Of a stretch of 64,000 nucleotides of DNA, positions 36,792 to 46,938 are shown in pieces. Numbering within the stretch: position 1 is the stretch's first letter; each line of letters opens with the position of its first letter. This DNA is from an uncultured Spirochaetales bacterium (lineage in GTDB: Bacteria > Myxococcota_A > UBA9160 > SMWR01): NCBI GenBank assembly GCA_964624475.1, contig CAZUYC010000083.1:135792-199791 (forward strand). Direction: 5' to 3'. The translations under genes were made by a program, and so were the position numbers. Under the pieces are notes generated by a model. The model ran no database searches and was not told where the DNA came from. It saw nothing but the letters and a program-made list of their open reading frames with translations.

Positions 36792-39521
36792 TTATAGGGA
36801 AGGTCGGCGGGCCGCGAGCCAGCGGGCGAGGTCCCGGGCGGCGGGGCGGCGGAAGCGGCGGTACCAGTCGAAACGCTCGAGCGACTGCCGGAGCGCGCGC
36901 TCGCCACTCGGGAGCGGGTTCGCGGCGAAGAAGCGCGCGACGGCGCGCCGATGCGCGGGCGTGAGCAGCCGCCAGGTCGACTCGACGAGCCGCCCGGCGA
37001 GCAGCGGCGGCACGCGTCGGCGCAGGCGCGGCCAGCGCCGCTCGACGAAGTCCCAGGTCGCCTCCCGCGCCGCCGGGTTGGCGAGCATGCGGACGAGGAG
37101 CGGCACGACGTCCTGCATGGGGACCGCGTCGCCGAGGGCGAGCGCGAGGCTCCGCGCGACGAGCCGCGGCTGGTGGAAGGCGCCGAGGCCGAGCAGGAAG
37201 CGGCGGGCCTCCTGCGGCGTCGCCGCATCGCGCATCGCGGCGACGAAGCGGCGGTGGAGCGCCGCATCGCCGGCGCGGGCCGCGAGGGCGACCACGCCGT
37301 CGGCGAGGTTCGGGTCGATCGAGCGCGGGTCGGCGAGATAGTCCCCGCAGAGCGCCGTCGCCCTCGCGATGGCGTCCGGGTCGCCGGCGATCCCGCCCAC
37401 GAGGTCGAGGAGCGCCGCGCGCCGCAGCCGCGCGGGCTGGGCCTCGTTGCGCTCGGGCGCGAGGCCCATCGCCGCGAGCTCGGGGGCGAAACGCGCGGAG
37501 AGGAAGGCGCGCAGCGCGGCCGAGCTTTGCGGCGCCGCGTCGGGGACGAGCGAGTCGGCGAGGAAGGCGAGCGGGCGCGCGAGCGCCAGGAGTACGTCGG
37601 CGTCGCGCTCCCCCGTGAGGCTCCCGGCGAGCTCGAGGAGCGCCCCGGCGGGCACCCGCCCCGCGCGCACGAGCGCCCACTGGTGGTCCACGAGGCCCAT
37701 GCGCTCGATGGCCGGCAGGTCGGCGAGCGCCGCCAGGAGCGCGCGGAGCTCGCGCGGCGCGTGCGCCGGGCGGAAGAAGCCCGCTTCCTCCGCATTGCCG
37801 TAGACGAAGCGGGGCGCGGGCCCGCGCCCGAGCGGGATACGCGCGCTCCGCTTCGCGACGAGGGCGCGCAGCGTGCGCCCGCGCCCGCGCCCCGGCCCGC
37901 CGACCCGCGCGACCCACGGGATGGGCCAGGTCTCTCGGCTCCGCTCGGCTGCGGCCCTTTGCGCCGCCGCAGCCCGGTCGACTCCGCTCGCCTGCGCCTC
38001 GCTGCGCGGCTCCAGCCCGGTCGACTCCGCTCGCCTGCGGCTCGCTGCGCGGCCGCTTGCGGCCTTGCTGCTGCGGCCTGGGGTCTCGCGGAAGCGCTCC
38101 TGGCGCACGAGCAGTTCCGTCCGTCCGCCCGCGCGCCGGCTGCGGATCTCGAGCACCGGGTGGCCCGGCTGTTCGGTCCACGCGCGGGCCAGGGGCTCCA
38201 CGGGCTCCCCGGAGGCCTCGCGTAGCGCCCGCCAGAGATCGGCCGCGACGGCGTTGCCCTCGCGGTGGCGGCGGATGTAGCGGCGCACGCCGCGCCGGAA
38301 GGCGGTGGGACCGAGGTAGCGCTCCAGCATGCGCACCACGGCGGCGCCCTTCTCGTAGGTGATGAGATCGAAGTTCTCGCTCGCCTCGGCCGGAGTGCGC
38401 ACCTCGCACCAGATCGGATGGGTGTGGCGCAGCGCGTCGAGATCGAGCGCGGCGGCCCGCCCGTGCTGGAACTCGTGCCACATGCGCCACTCGGGCCGCC
38501 AGTGGTCGACGACGCTGAAGGCCATCCAGGTGGCGAAGGCCTCGTTGAGCCACAGGTCGTCCCACCAGGCCATCGTGACGAGGTCGCCGAACCACATGTG
38601 GGCGAGCTCGTGCGCGATCACCTCGGCGGCGCGCTTCTGCTCGGCGAGGGTCGCCCGGCGCGGATCGAGCAGCAGCAGCGTCTCGCGGAAGAAGACCGCC
38701 CCCGCGTTCTCCATCGCGCCGAATTCGAAGTCGGGTACGGCCACGAGGTCGAGCTTCGGGTAGGGGTAGGGGAGGCCGAAGTAGCGCTCGAGCCGCGAGA
38801 GGCTCTCGCGCGCCGCCTCGAGCGCGAAGCCGGTGAGACGCTCCTTCCCCGGCACGTGCCATACGCGAATCGGCGTCGGACCGACGAAGACCCGACGCGA
38901 GCCCTGGAGCGGCCCCACGGCGAGGGCGACGAGGTAGGTCGAGAGCGGCGGCGTCTCGGCGAAGACCACGGTCTTGCGGCCCGGACCCGCGCTGCGGCTG
39001 GCGACGGCCGGCGCGTTCGAGAGCACGGAGTGCGCTGCCGCGGTGGTGACCGAGAGCCGGAAGCGGGCCTTCATCGCCGGCTCGTCGAAGCACGGGAAGA
39101 ACTTGCGCGCCTCGCTGGCCTCGAGCTGGGTGAAGGCGAAGCGGCGGCGCCCGGAGGCCGCGCGATAGAGGCCGCAGAGGTCCCGGCGCAGGCGGCCCGC
39201 GAAGGCGAGGCGCAGGGTCGCCGGCCCGGCGGGGACGGCCTCCGGGAAGCGCACCTCGATCATCTCGGAGGCGGGCCGGGGAACGACCGTGCCCGCGCGG
39301 CTCGCTCCGTCGACCTCGAGCCGCGCGCGGGAGACGCGCAGGTCCACGGCGTGGAGGCGCAACGCGCGCTTCGGGCGCGCGAGGCGCAGCTCGATCGCGA
39401 CCTCGCCCCGGTAGACGTCGCTGCGCGCGGGGTCGAGCTCGATCCGGAGCTCCACCCGCTCGGGGCGCAGCTCCGGGTCGAGCCGCTCGGCCGGCCGCCG
39501 CCGCGGGCGGGGCTCCGCCAA
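36792..39521 (-). CDS. M1-family zinc aminopeptidase (aminopeptidase N-like) carrying an internal repeat insertion
   Basis: GAMEN, and HELAHMWFGDLVTMAWWDDLWLNEAFA (HExxH-18-E). 909 aa. Confidence 0.92.
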   Translation of the reverse strand: MAEPRPRRRPAERLDPELRPERVELRIELDPARSDVYRGEVAIELRLARPKRALRLHAVDLRVSRARLEVDGASRAGTVVPRPASEMIEVRFPEAVPAGPATLRLAFAGRLRRDLCGLYRAASGRRRFAFTQLEASEARKFFPCFDEPAMKARFRLSVTTAAAHSVLSNAPAVASRSAGPGRKTVVFAETPPLSTYLVALAVGPLQGSRRVFVGPTPIRVWHVPGKERLTGFALEAARESLSRLERYFGLPYPYPKLDLVAVPDFEFGAMENAGAVFFRETLLLLDPRRATLAEQKRAAEVIAHELAHMWFGDLVTMAWWDDLWLNEAFATWMAFSVVDHWRPEWRMWHEFQHGRAAALDLDALRHTHPIWCEVRTPAEASENFDLITYEKGAAVVRMLERYLGPTAFRRGVRRYIRRHREGNAVAADLWRALREASGEPVEPLARAWTEQPGHPVLEIRSRRAGGRTELLVRQERFRETPGRSSKAASGRAASRRRAESTGLEPRSEAQASGVDRAAAAQRAAAERSRETWPIPWVARVGGPGRGRGRTLRALVAKRSARIPLGRGPAPRFVYGNAEEAGFFRPAHAPRELRALLAALADLPAIERMGLVDHQWALVRAGRVPAGALLELAGSLTGERDADVLLALARPLAFLADSLVPDAAPQSSAALRAFLSARFAPELAAMGLAPERNEAQPARLRRAALLDLVGGIAGDPDAIARATALCGDYLADPRSIDPNLADGVVALAARAGDAALHRRFVAAMRDAATPQEARRFLLGLGAFHQPRLVARSLALALGDAVPMQDVVPLLVRMLANPAAREATWDFVERRWPRLRRRVPPLLAGRLVESTWRLLTPAHRRAVARFFAANPLPSGERALRQSLERFDWYRRFRRPAARDLARWLAARRPSL
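37935..38064 (-). repeat. Three tandem REP-like units inside the aminopeptidase ORF
   Basis: Two 43-nt direct copies (37971..38013 and 38014..38056, one substitution) plus a partial unit. The terminal hairpin is GGCCGC-TT-GCGGCC. Same family as the repeats at 48354, 56438 and 61599. Confidence 0.85.
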
Positions 39522-39530
39522 GGGCTCGCT

Positions 39531-40550
39531 CTACCGAGCCTCGGCGCCGGGTGCCGGCGGCGGGTAGACGATGTAGTGCTCGATGATCGCGAGCGCGAGC
39601 TCGGCGTCGGGGGGGCGTGCGTGACCGAAGCGGCCGCGCCGGCGCAGATCGTCGAGCAGGGTCTCGATCACCTGGTCGCGGTGGAGGTCGTCGGCGTGCT
39701 CCTCCACCCTGCGGCGCTCCGCCTCGTCGGCGAAGCAGTAGGCCTTCCAGGAGATGGAGAAGCGGAGGTCGTCCCAGACGTAGCGGGCGAGCACCTCGTC
39801 GCCCTGCTCGAGCTGCCAGCGCCCGTCGCCGGAGAAGACCAGCAGGGCACCAGGGCGGAGATCGGGGAGCGGTGCAGCGTCCTCGCGGACCCGGTCCACG
39901 CCGTGGAAGACCGAGTCGGTGTCGAGCAGGATCGCGGTATTGTGCCGCACCGGGAGTGCGACGGGCGGGCCCAGGGGTCCGCCGGGGTAGAACACGAACT
40001 CCCCGCCGCGGGGATTCCCGAACCAGGCGACCCCGGTCGCGATGGGTATGCGCCAGCGCTCGAAGAGCTTTGAATGGTGCATCGCGACGATCAGCCACTG
40101 CGGGTCGCGCTTGCGCGAGATGCCGCGGAACTCCGGCACGTCGGTGTGCACGGCGAGCTCCTGCCCCGGAACGAGCAGGTTCGCGTAGACGATGTTCGGC
40201 GCCACGATCGCGCGCCCGTGCACCTTCCGGGCCGCGTCGACGAAGCCCTCGTGGTTCAGGAAGGGCTCGATCCCGGGGATCAGGGGCCGATCGTAGGCGT
40301 AGGTCTCGCGGAAGTAGTTGGTGCGCGCGGCGAGCCGCGCCACCGGCTCGCGCCGGCCGAAGCGCCCGCCCGTGCGCACGAAGTGGATCGCGGCGTCGTA
40401 GCGCTGCGGGAGCCCGTCGCCGAAGTCGTCCGCGATCGCCTCCTCGGCGTAGGTGCCGTAGCGCCCGAATTGCTCGCAGAGGCGCAGCATCGCTTCCGCC
40501 CCCGCCTCGGGGAGCAGGGGATCGAAGCGCGCGTACTCGGCGTCGCCCAT
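39531..40550 (-). CDS. Conserved hypothetical protein, possible Fe(II)/2OG-dioxygenase-like fold
   Basis: ATG at 40550 follows GGAGGT. HTD...FHGV (HxD...H) spacing is suggestive only. 9 nt upstream of the aminopeptidase gene. Confidence 0.6.
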   Translation of the reverse strand: MGDAEYARFDPLLPEAGAEAMLRLCEQFGRYGTYAEEAIADDFGDGLPQRYDAAIHFVRTGGRFGRREPVARLAARTNYFRETYAYDRPLIPGIEPFLNHEGFVDAARKVHGRAIVAPNIVYANLLVPGQELAVHTDVPEFRGISRKRDPQWLIVAMHHSKLFERWRIPIATGVAWFGNPRGGEFVFYPGGPLGPPVALPVRHNTAILLDTDSVFHGVDRVREDAAPLPDLRPGALLVFSGDGRWQLEQGDEVLARYVWDDLRFSISWKAYCFADEAERRRVEEHADDLHRDQVIETLLDDLRRRGRFGHARPPDAELALAIIEHYIVYPPPAPGAEAR

Positions 40551-40611
40551 GGCCACCTCCGTGGGACCCCGCATCCTACCACTTCCCGGCAGCCGGGATT
40601 CCTCCCTCGAG

Positions 40612-42996
40612 CTACGGGATCAGCCCCGCGCGGCGGCTCGCGGCGAGGGCGTCGATCGCCTCGACGCGGCGGATCGCGGCGCGCACCTCGGCGGCGAAGG
40701 TGCGCCGGCGCGCCGCGAGCTCCGGGCCGCCCGGGTCGAGGAGCTCGCGGTTGCGCGCGAGCTCGAGCGCCGAGCGGAAGATCGCCTGCGAGACCGACGC
40801 GGCGCTGTGGATGCGGCGCTGGAGGTGGTACTGGCGGCCGAGGCCCAGGCATTGCTCGACCAGGTGTGCCTCGTCCACGGGCTCCCCGGGATCCAGGCGC
40901 GCGAGCAGGTCCGCCACCAGGCCGTAGGCCTCGACGAAGGGGCGCAGCACGCGGTGCGACGAGAACGGGCGGAAGCTCTGGATCAGCGCGCGGATCGAGT
41001 CGCCGCCGGCGCGCACGCGAGCCTCCCACTCGGGATCGGTGTGCCGCAGCTCGCGCGCGATCTCGCCGCGGAAGGCCTCCTTCTCCGGGAAGAAGAACTC
41101 GAACTTGAACAGATCGCGCACCCGCAGCGTCTCCTCCCAGAACTCGGCGAGCGGCTCGACGACGCCGTCCTCGGCCGCGCGCAAGAGCGCGAGCTCGGCG
41201 ACCGCGGCGCTCACGAAGAAGTGGATCACGGTGTTGCGGTAGTAGGCGGCTGCGAGCTGCTGCTCCGGTCCGATCCGGTAGACCGGCTCCGGCCCCTCGC
41301 GGAAGCAGGTGACGACGCCGTTCTCGACCAGCAGGTCGAGCTGCCGGCGCACCTCCGCGGGGTCGTCGAGGCGGAGCTCCTCGGTCGTGGGGAGCCCCCG
41401 CGAGCGCACGAAGTGGAGCAGGTTGCGGAGCGCCGCCACGGTCTCGTCGACCGAGAGCGCGCGGAAGCCGCTCCCGATCATCGCCAGCGCGACGAGGGAG
41501 CAGGGCGTGATCGGCGTCGCCCGGTTGATGCGGACGCACACCTCGAAGGCGAGCTTGCGCACGGCGAGGCTCTGCTCGTCGGGCGCGGGCTCGTGGGCCT
41601 CGGCGCCGCGGCCGAGCGACTTCGCGAGCGAGAGGGGCTCGCCGAAGCGGATGTGGATCTCGCCCGAGCGGCGCCGCAGGCGCCGCACCATGCCCACGAA
41701 CCAGCCGAAGCTCTCGCGCTGCTTCGGCGCGCCGCCCTGCTCGGCGGCGTAGGCGCCCACGTCCTGGATCTGGTCGTAGGCGATCGAGACCGGGACGAGC
41801 ATCACCTCCTCGGCCTTGCCGCGCCGGAAGGCGTCCACCACGTAGGCCAGCATGCCGAAGCGCGGCGGCAGGAGCTTCCCGGTCCGGGAACGGCCGCCCT
41901 CGATGTACCACTCGAGCGTGAAGCGCTTCTCGACCAGGTAGTCGACGTAGTGCTGGAGCACGAGCTTGTAGACCGGGTCGTCCTTGAAGCTCCTGCGGAT
42001 GAAGAAGACGCCGCTGCGGCGCACGAGGGGCCCCACCGGGAAGAAGTTCATGTTGATCCCGCCCGCGGTGTGGTTCGGCGGGTGCCCGTTCTCGTGCAGC
42101 GCGTACTGGAGCACGAGGTGGTCGAGGTTCGACTTGTGGCTGGGCAGGAAGACGACCGGGTGCTGCTGCGCGAGGGCCTTGATCTCCGCCAGCTGCGCGC
42201 GGTCGTAGTGGAGCGCCTCGGCGTAGCCGCGCGTGTAGAGCAGGCGGATCCCGTGCGCGACGAGGTCGATCACGAAGGGGCTGTGCGTCGCGGCGACCTC
42301 GCGCAGGTCGCGCGAGGCCTCGCGGGCGACGCGGGCGGGATCGCGCCCGAGTTCGCGCGCGAGCTTCGCGATTCCCCCGCGGAAGGCGGGGCGGGAGAGG
42401 ATGTCGTCGTGCACGAGGCGCGGCACCTTGTAGCGGGCGCCGCGCAGGCGCCGCTCGGCGCGCTCGAGCGCGAGCGCGGCCTGGCGCGCCACGAACTCGG
42501 CGAGGCCTGTGGTCTGCTCGAGGTCGGAGCCGGCGCCGAGCCGCCAGCGCTGGCGCAGCTCCGAGACCGGCGCCGGCTCGCCGGCCACGATCCGGCAGCG
42601 GTCGCGCGCGCGAAGCCAGACCGCGCGCTGGCGCAGCGCCCCGGGGTCGCGAGGGTCGCCCACGTACAGCAGGTCCGCGAGCACGGCGGCGCGCTGGCCG
42701 CCGCGCTCCTTCGGGAGCCAGGCCACGCGCAGCGGCGCCAGCAGCGCGTCGTCGCCCGAGGCGAGGGTCGCTTCCAGACGCGCGAGCGACACGCGGCGGC
42801 GGCGGCGGGTCGGCGGGATGCGGATCGCCTCGCAGCCGCCCGCTCCGAGCTGCGCCGGGCGATGCCGCTCGATCCAGCCCTCGAGCAGCCGCGCCTCGAG
42901 CTCGCTCGAGGCGTCGAGCAGGAAGGCGACGCGCCGGCCGTTCGCGAGCGGCCAGTCGGGCTCGCCCTCGAGCGCGCGGCGCAGGGCGGAGGCCAT
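40612..42996 (-). CDS. plsB: Glycerol-3-phosphate acyltransferase
   Basis: HKSNLDHLVL (HxxxxD) and FFIRRSF. About 794 aa from ATG 42996. The upstream 169 codons of the track ORF are not protein-like. Confidence 0.88.
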   Translation of the reverse strand: MASALRRALEGEPDWPLANGRRVAFLLDASSELEARLLEGWIERHRPAQLGAGGCEAIRIPPTRRRRRVSLARLEATLASGDDALLAPLRVAWLPKERGGQRAAVLADLLYVGDPRDPGALRQRAVWLRARDRCRIVAGEPAPVSELRQRWRLGAGSDLEQTTGLAEFVARQAALALERAERRLRGARYKVPRLVHDDILSRPAFRGGIAKLARELGRDPARVAREASRDLREVAATHSPFVIDLVAHGIRLLYTRGYAEALHYDRAQLAEIKALAQQHPVVFLPSHKSNLDHLVLQYALHENGHPPNHTAGGINMNFFPVGPLVRRSGVFFIRRSFKDDPVYKLVLQHYVDYLVEKRFTLEWYIEGGRSRTGKLLPPRFGMLAYVVDAFRRGKAEEVMLVPVSIAYDQIQDVGAYAAEQGGAPKQRESFGWFVGMVRRLRRRSGEIHIRFGEPLSLAKSLGRGAEAHEPAPDEQSLAVRKLAFEVCVRINRATPITPCSLVALAMIGSGFRALSVDETVAALRNLLHFVRSRGLPTTEELRLDDPAEVRRQLDLLVENGVVTCFREGPEPVYRIGPEQQLAAAYYRNTVIHFFVSAAVAELALLRAAEDGVVEPLAEFWEETLRVRDLFKFEFFFPEKEAFRGEIARELRHTDPEWEARVRAGGDSIRALIQSFRPFSSHRVLRPFVEAYGLVADLLARLDPGEPVDEAHLVEQCLGLGRQYHLQRRIHSAASVSQAIFRSALELARNRELLDPGGPELAARRRTFAAEVRAAIRRVEAIDALAASRRAGLIP

Positions 42997-43021
42997 CCCG
43001 TCCCATGATATCCCGGTTGCT

Positions 43022-44461
43022 ATGGTCTGGCCCACGAGGAGGACCCAAGTGCGCGAGCCGACGCGCTGGCCCCGCGAGGCGTGGATCCCGCTGCTCGCGG
43101 GCGTGGTCTGGCTGTGGCGCGCGCCCGAGCACGGGCTCACGGGCTTCCTGTTCTCGATCGTGCCGGGGTGCCTCCTGCTCGGTTCCGGCGTCTCGATGCT
43201 GCTCATGCCCGGCGACCGGCGCATCGCGCACTTCGCGGCCGCCGGCGGCGTGCTCGGCGTGCTCTTCGCGCTGCCCGCCTTCGTCCAGGTGGGGTTCTTC
43301 GGAGGCCTCTTCCTCCTCGGCGCCTCGGCGGCTGGCTTCGTCGCGGCGGGCGTCCACTCGGTGCGGCTCGAGCCGGACCAGGAGGAGGTTCCCGAGCCGA
43401 TCCCCTCGCTCTGGCTCGCGACGCAGGTGGCCGCCGACGAAGCGATGCTCGCCTGGATGCTGGGGCGCCTCGCGCTCCCGAGCCGCGACGACCACGTGCG
43501 CATCGAGCGCGAGGTCGCGGCCGCGCGCGAGCTCTTCGAGGCCCGCGGCTGGCTCGAAAAGCCGGTTTCCTACCACGCGCCTCCGCCGCCGCTCGAGCGC
43601 GTCGGCCTGCGCCCGTCCCGCGCGCGCGGGATCGCCTTCGAGCACCTGTGGTTCGAGAGCGGCTACGAGCCGCATCCGGGCGAGCCGGGGCGGGAGCGCT
43701 GGCTCTCCTACGCGGCCAACCGCCAGGCGCACGCCTGGGTGCTGCGCCACGCGGGCGCGGACCGACCCTGGCTCGTGTGCGTCCACGGCTACGTGATGGG
43801 CTGGCCGCTCCTCGACCTCTCGCTCTTCCGACCCGAGCTCTTCCACCAGCGCCTCGGGCTCAACATGATCGTGCCCACGCTGCCGCTCCACGGGCGCCGT
43901 TCGCTCGGGCGGCAGAGCGGCGAGGGCTACCTCCGCGGCGACGTGCTGGACACGATCCACGCCGAGGCGCAGGCGATCTGGGACCTGCGCCGGCTCCTCG
44001 CCTGGGTGCGCGCCCAGGGCGACGCACCCGTCGGGGTCTACGGGATCTCCCTCGGCGGCTACAACGCGGCGCTGCTCGCCTGCCTCGACGAGGAGCTCGC
44101 CTGCGTGATCGCGGGCGTACCGGTCGCCGACTTCGCGCGCATCGTCTTCCAGCACGCGCCGCCGCTGCACCTGCGCGACGCGATCGACGCTGGCCTCGTC
44201 GAGGAGCGCATGCGCGCCTTGAAGCGCGTGGTCTCGCCCCTCGTGCTCGAGCCGCGCGTCGCACCGGAGCGGCGCTGGCTCTTCGCAGCGGTCGCGGACC
44301 GCATCGTGCCCCCCGACCACGCGCGCGACCTCTGGCGCCACTGGGGCCGCCCGCCGATCGCCTGGTACCAGGGCTCGCACCTCTCCTTCCGCGCCCACCC
44401 CGAGGTGGGCGCCTTCGTCGAGCGCGCGCTGCGCGAGTCGGGGCTCGCGGTCCCGGCCTGA
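43022..44461 (+). CDS. Alpha/beta hydrolase with N-terminal multi-TM domain
   Basis: Four hydrophobic segments, then GISLGG nucleophile elbow and a late HL. Divergent from plsB. Confidence 0.75.
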   Translation: MVWPTRRTQVREPTRWPREAWIPLLAGVVWLWRAPEHGLTGFLFSIVPGCLLLGSGVSMLLMPGDRRIAHFAAAGGVLGVLFALPAFVQVGFFGGLFLLGASAAGFVAAGVHSVRLEPDQEEVPEPIPSLWLATQVAADEAMLAWMLGRLALPSRDDHVRIEREVAAARELFEARGWLEKPVSYHAPPPPLERVGLRPSRARGIAFEHLWFESGYEPHPGEPGRERWLSYAANRQAHAWVLRHAGADRPWLVCVHGYVMGWPLLDLSLFRPELFHQRLGLNMIVPTLPLHGRRSLGRQSGEGYLRGDVLDTIHAEAQAIWDLRRLLAWVRAQGDAPVGVYGISLGGYNAALLACLDEELACVIAGVPVADFARIVFQHAPPLHLRDAIDAGLVEERMRALKRVVSPLVLEPRVAPERRWLFAAVADRIVPPDHARDLWRHWGRPPIAWYQGSHLSFRAHPEVGAFVERALRESGLAVPA

Positions 44462-44473
44462 AGCCGGCGAGCC

Positions 44474-45031
44474 TCAGCGCGGGCCCGTTTTGCGAGCGCC
44501 TCCCTCGGCGAGCCGCTTCAGGTTGAGCAGCTGGCGCCGCATCATCACGAGATCTCCCCAGGGCAGGAGCGCGCGCAGCAGCGCAGCGGAGATTCCGCGC
44601 CGGTAGGCGACGCGAAGCTTCGCCAGGAGCCGCGTGCGGTCGGGTCCGACCGAGCGCGCCCAGTAGGTGACGTTCACGATCCCGAAGAGCCGCGCCCCGG
44701 AGGATCCGGGAGGCGTCTCGAGCGTCAGCGCGATGCCGGGCTCGAACGCCAGCAGGCGGAAGATCTTCATGAAGGTCTGCCCCGCGCAGAGCGCTTCGAG
44801 CCCGGGCACAAGCGCGCGCGGGCTGCGGCGGCCGAGATTGTCGATCCAGTCGTAGCTGTAGGGCGCGACGCGCAGCTGGCAGAGCCAGCGGAACACCAGG
44901 GAGGCGGGAGCTCCGACGTCGACGCCCCGCCAGAGCCGATCGCGAGCGCCGTCGTCGGCGCGGTCGCCCGGGAAGGGGAGCGCGCGCTCGGCGGCGGTGG
45001 TCCCCCAGCTGCGAGCGACCTCGAATCCCAT
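44474..45031 (-). CDS. Hypothetical protein (SRPBCC/START-like fold suspected)
   Basis: 185 aa from ATG 45031, 11 nt downstream of the thiolase stop. The fold call comes from a weak pattern only. Confidence 0.45.
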   Translation of the reverse strand: MGFEVARSWGTTAAERALPFPGDRADDGARDRLWRGVDVGAPASLVFRWLCQLRVAPYSYDWIDNLGRRSPRALVPGLEALCAGQTFMKIFRLLAFEPGIALTLETPPGSSGARLFGIVNVTYWARSVGPDRTRLLAKLRVAYRRGISAALLRALLPWGDLVMMRRQLLNLKRLAEGGARKTGPR

Positions 45032-45042
45032 TCGCTCGCGGG

Positions 45043-46239
45043 CTACGCGAGGCGGGCCTTGCGATAGAGCGCCACGACCGCCGCGCCGCCGAGGCCGAGG
45101 TTGTGCTGGAGGGCGAGCTTCGCGTCCGGGACCTGGCGCTTGCCGGCCTCGCCGCGCAGCTGCCAGTTGAGCTCGGCGCACTGCGCGAGGCCGGTGGCGC
45201 CGAGCGGGTGGCCCTTCGAGATGAGGCCGCCCGAGGGGTTCACCACGACCTCGCCGCCGTAGGTCTGCGCGCCGGAGTCGACGAAGTCGCCGGCCTTGCC
45301 CTCCGGGCAGAGGCCGAGCGCCTCGTAGGTGATGAGCTCGTTGCAGGAGAAGCAGTCGTGGAGCTCGACCACGTCGAGCTGCTCGGGGCCCACCCCCGAC
45401 TGCTCGTAGACGCGCTGCGCGGCCTTGCGCGTCATGTCCGAGCCGACGAGCTTGATCGAGCTCTTCTCCTCGAAGGAGGACGGGAAGTCGGTCGTCATCG
45501 CCATGCCGGCGATCTCGACCGCCTTGCCGGCGAGCCCGTGCCGGCGCACGAAGTCCTCGCTCGCCAGGATCGCGGCGCCCGCGCCGTCGGAGGTCGGGCA
45601 GCACTGGAGCCTGGTCAGCGGCTCGTAGACCATCGGCGCGGACTGGATCTGCTCCAGGGTGTACTCGTCCTGGAACTGCGAGTAGGGATTGTTTACCGAG
45701 TGCTTGTGGTTCTTCCAGCCGATCTTGGCGAAGTGCAGGGGCTTCGTTCCGTAGCGTTCCATGTGCTCGCGGCCGGCGTTGCCGAAGAACTGCGGTGCCG
45801 GCGGCGCCTTCGCGAAGCCGCGCATCTCGATCATGAGCTTCGCGTGCCGGTCCATCGGGTTCGTGCGGTCGGTGAACTTGATGCCGAGCGAGCCCTTCTC
45901 CATCTTCTCGAAGCCGAGCGCCAGCACGCACTCGGCGAGGCCGCCCTCGACGAACTGCTTGGCCATGAAGAGCGCCGTCGAGCCCGTCGCGCAGTTGTTG
46001 TTCACGTTGTAGATCGGGATGCCGGTCATGCCGAGCGTGTAGACGGCGCGCTCGCCGCAGGTCGAGTCGCCGTAGCAGTAGCCGACGCAGGCCTGCTGCA
46101 CCTCCGCGAAGGGGATGCCCGCATCCTCGAGGGCCTTCGTCCCGGCCTCGCGGGCCATGTCCGGGTAGTCCCACTCCCGCGACCCGGGCTTCTCGAACTT
46201 CGTCATGCCGACGCCGACGACGTAGACCTTCCTGCCCAT
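45043..46239 (-). CDS. SCP2/SCPx-type thiolase (lipid-transfer-protein thiolase)
   Basis: [36 protein letters not shown]. Confidence 0.9.
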   Translation of the reverse strand: MGRKVYVVGVGMTKFEKPGSREWDYPDMAREAGTKALEDAGIPFAEVQQACVGYCYGDSTCGERAVYTLGMTGIPIYNVNNNCATGSTALFMAKQFVEGGLAECVLALGFEKMEKGSLGIKFTDRTNPMDRHAKLMIEMRGFAKAPPAPQFFGNAGREHMERYGTKPLHFAKIGWKNHKHSVNNPYSQFQDEYTLEQIQSAPMVYEPLTRLQCCPTSDGAGAAILASEDFVRRHGLAGKAVEIAGMAMTTDFPSSFEEKSSIKLVGSDMTRKAAQRVYEQSGVGPEQLDVVELHDCFSCNELITYEALGLCPEGKAGDFVDSGAQTYGGEVVVNPSGGLISKGHPLGATGLAQCAELNWQLRGEAGKRQVPDAKLALQHNLGLGGAAVVALYRKARLA

Positions 46240-46375
46240 CGCTCGAATCCTCTCGTGGATCGGGAGAACTCAGTCTAGCACGGCGGCAGGAGGCCGACTC
46301 GAGCGACTGCGTGCGGGCAGACGATCGAGGCGCTGCGCGCCCCGAGCCGCGCGCGGGTGCGCGATCCGCTCGCCT

Positions 46376-46735
46376 TCAATCGACCGCGAGGTCGAGGGCG
46401 CGAGCGGCGGCCTGCATGCGGCGATCGAACGTCCAGATGGGAGCTCGCGAGAGCCTCGACGAGGCCAGCAGGTGCGCGTCGATCCAGCCGATGCCGCTGC
46501 CGGGCACTCCGCTCGCTTCCACGAAGCCCAGGACCTCGTCGTGGTCTGCCACCACGGCCCGGGGAAGCCTTGCCAACCACGCGAGGATCTCGCGCCTTCG
46601 CCGTAGCTGCCCGCACGCCAGCTCCCCGATCACGAACGGGTGGCACGCCACGTCGCCCGCCTCGAGTTTCGCGCCGAGGCGGGCGTCTCCGTGCCGCAGG
46701 TGGTGCACCCAGACGGAGGTATCGACGAGGATCAC
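46376..46735 (-). CDS. vapC: PIN-domain toxin VapC
   Basis: MILVDTSVWVHHLR (PIN Asp), GIGWIDAHLLASS. 4-nt overlap with vapB. Confidence 0.88.
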   Translation of the reverse strand: MILVDTSVWVHHLRHGDARLGAKLEAGDVACHPFVIGELACGQLRRRREILAWLARLPRAVVADHDEVLGFVEASGVPGSGIGWIDAHLLASSRLSRAPIWTFDRRMQAAARALDLAVD

Positions 46736-46938
46736 CCGGACGCCGCCGGGCGCCGGCGGCGGATCGGGCGCAGCCCCTTCTCGGTCCCGCCGAGCGCCGC
46801 GAGGCGTCTCGCGCTCGCTCGCGCGATCAGCGCTTCGAGCCCCGCGTGGACGAGGGCCGTCTTCTCGCGGATTCCCGAGAGCCGGCGGGCTTCGTCGAGC
46901 AGTCGGTCGTCGAGGTTCAGCGTGGTTCTAATATGCAT
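46732..46938 (-). CDS. vapB: VapB-family antitoxin
   Basis: 68 aa. MHIRTTLNLDDRLLDEARRLSGIREKTALVHAGLEALI. Confidence 0.8.
   Translation of the reverse strand: MHIRTTLNLDDRLLDEARRLSGIREKTALVHAGLEALIARASARRLAALGGTEKGLRPIRRRRPAASG

Noticed and set aside
37935-38064. Whether the repeated units here and at 48354, 56438 and 61599 form CRISPR arrays.
   Set aside because: There are only 2-3 units per locus and the spacing is irregular (43, 64, 84 and 44 nt). Units lie in both orientations and inside genes, there are no unique spacers of uniform size, and no cas genes.
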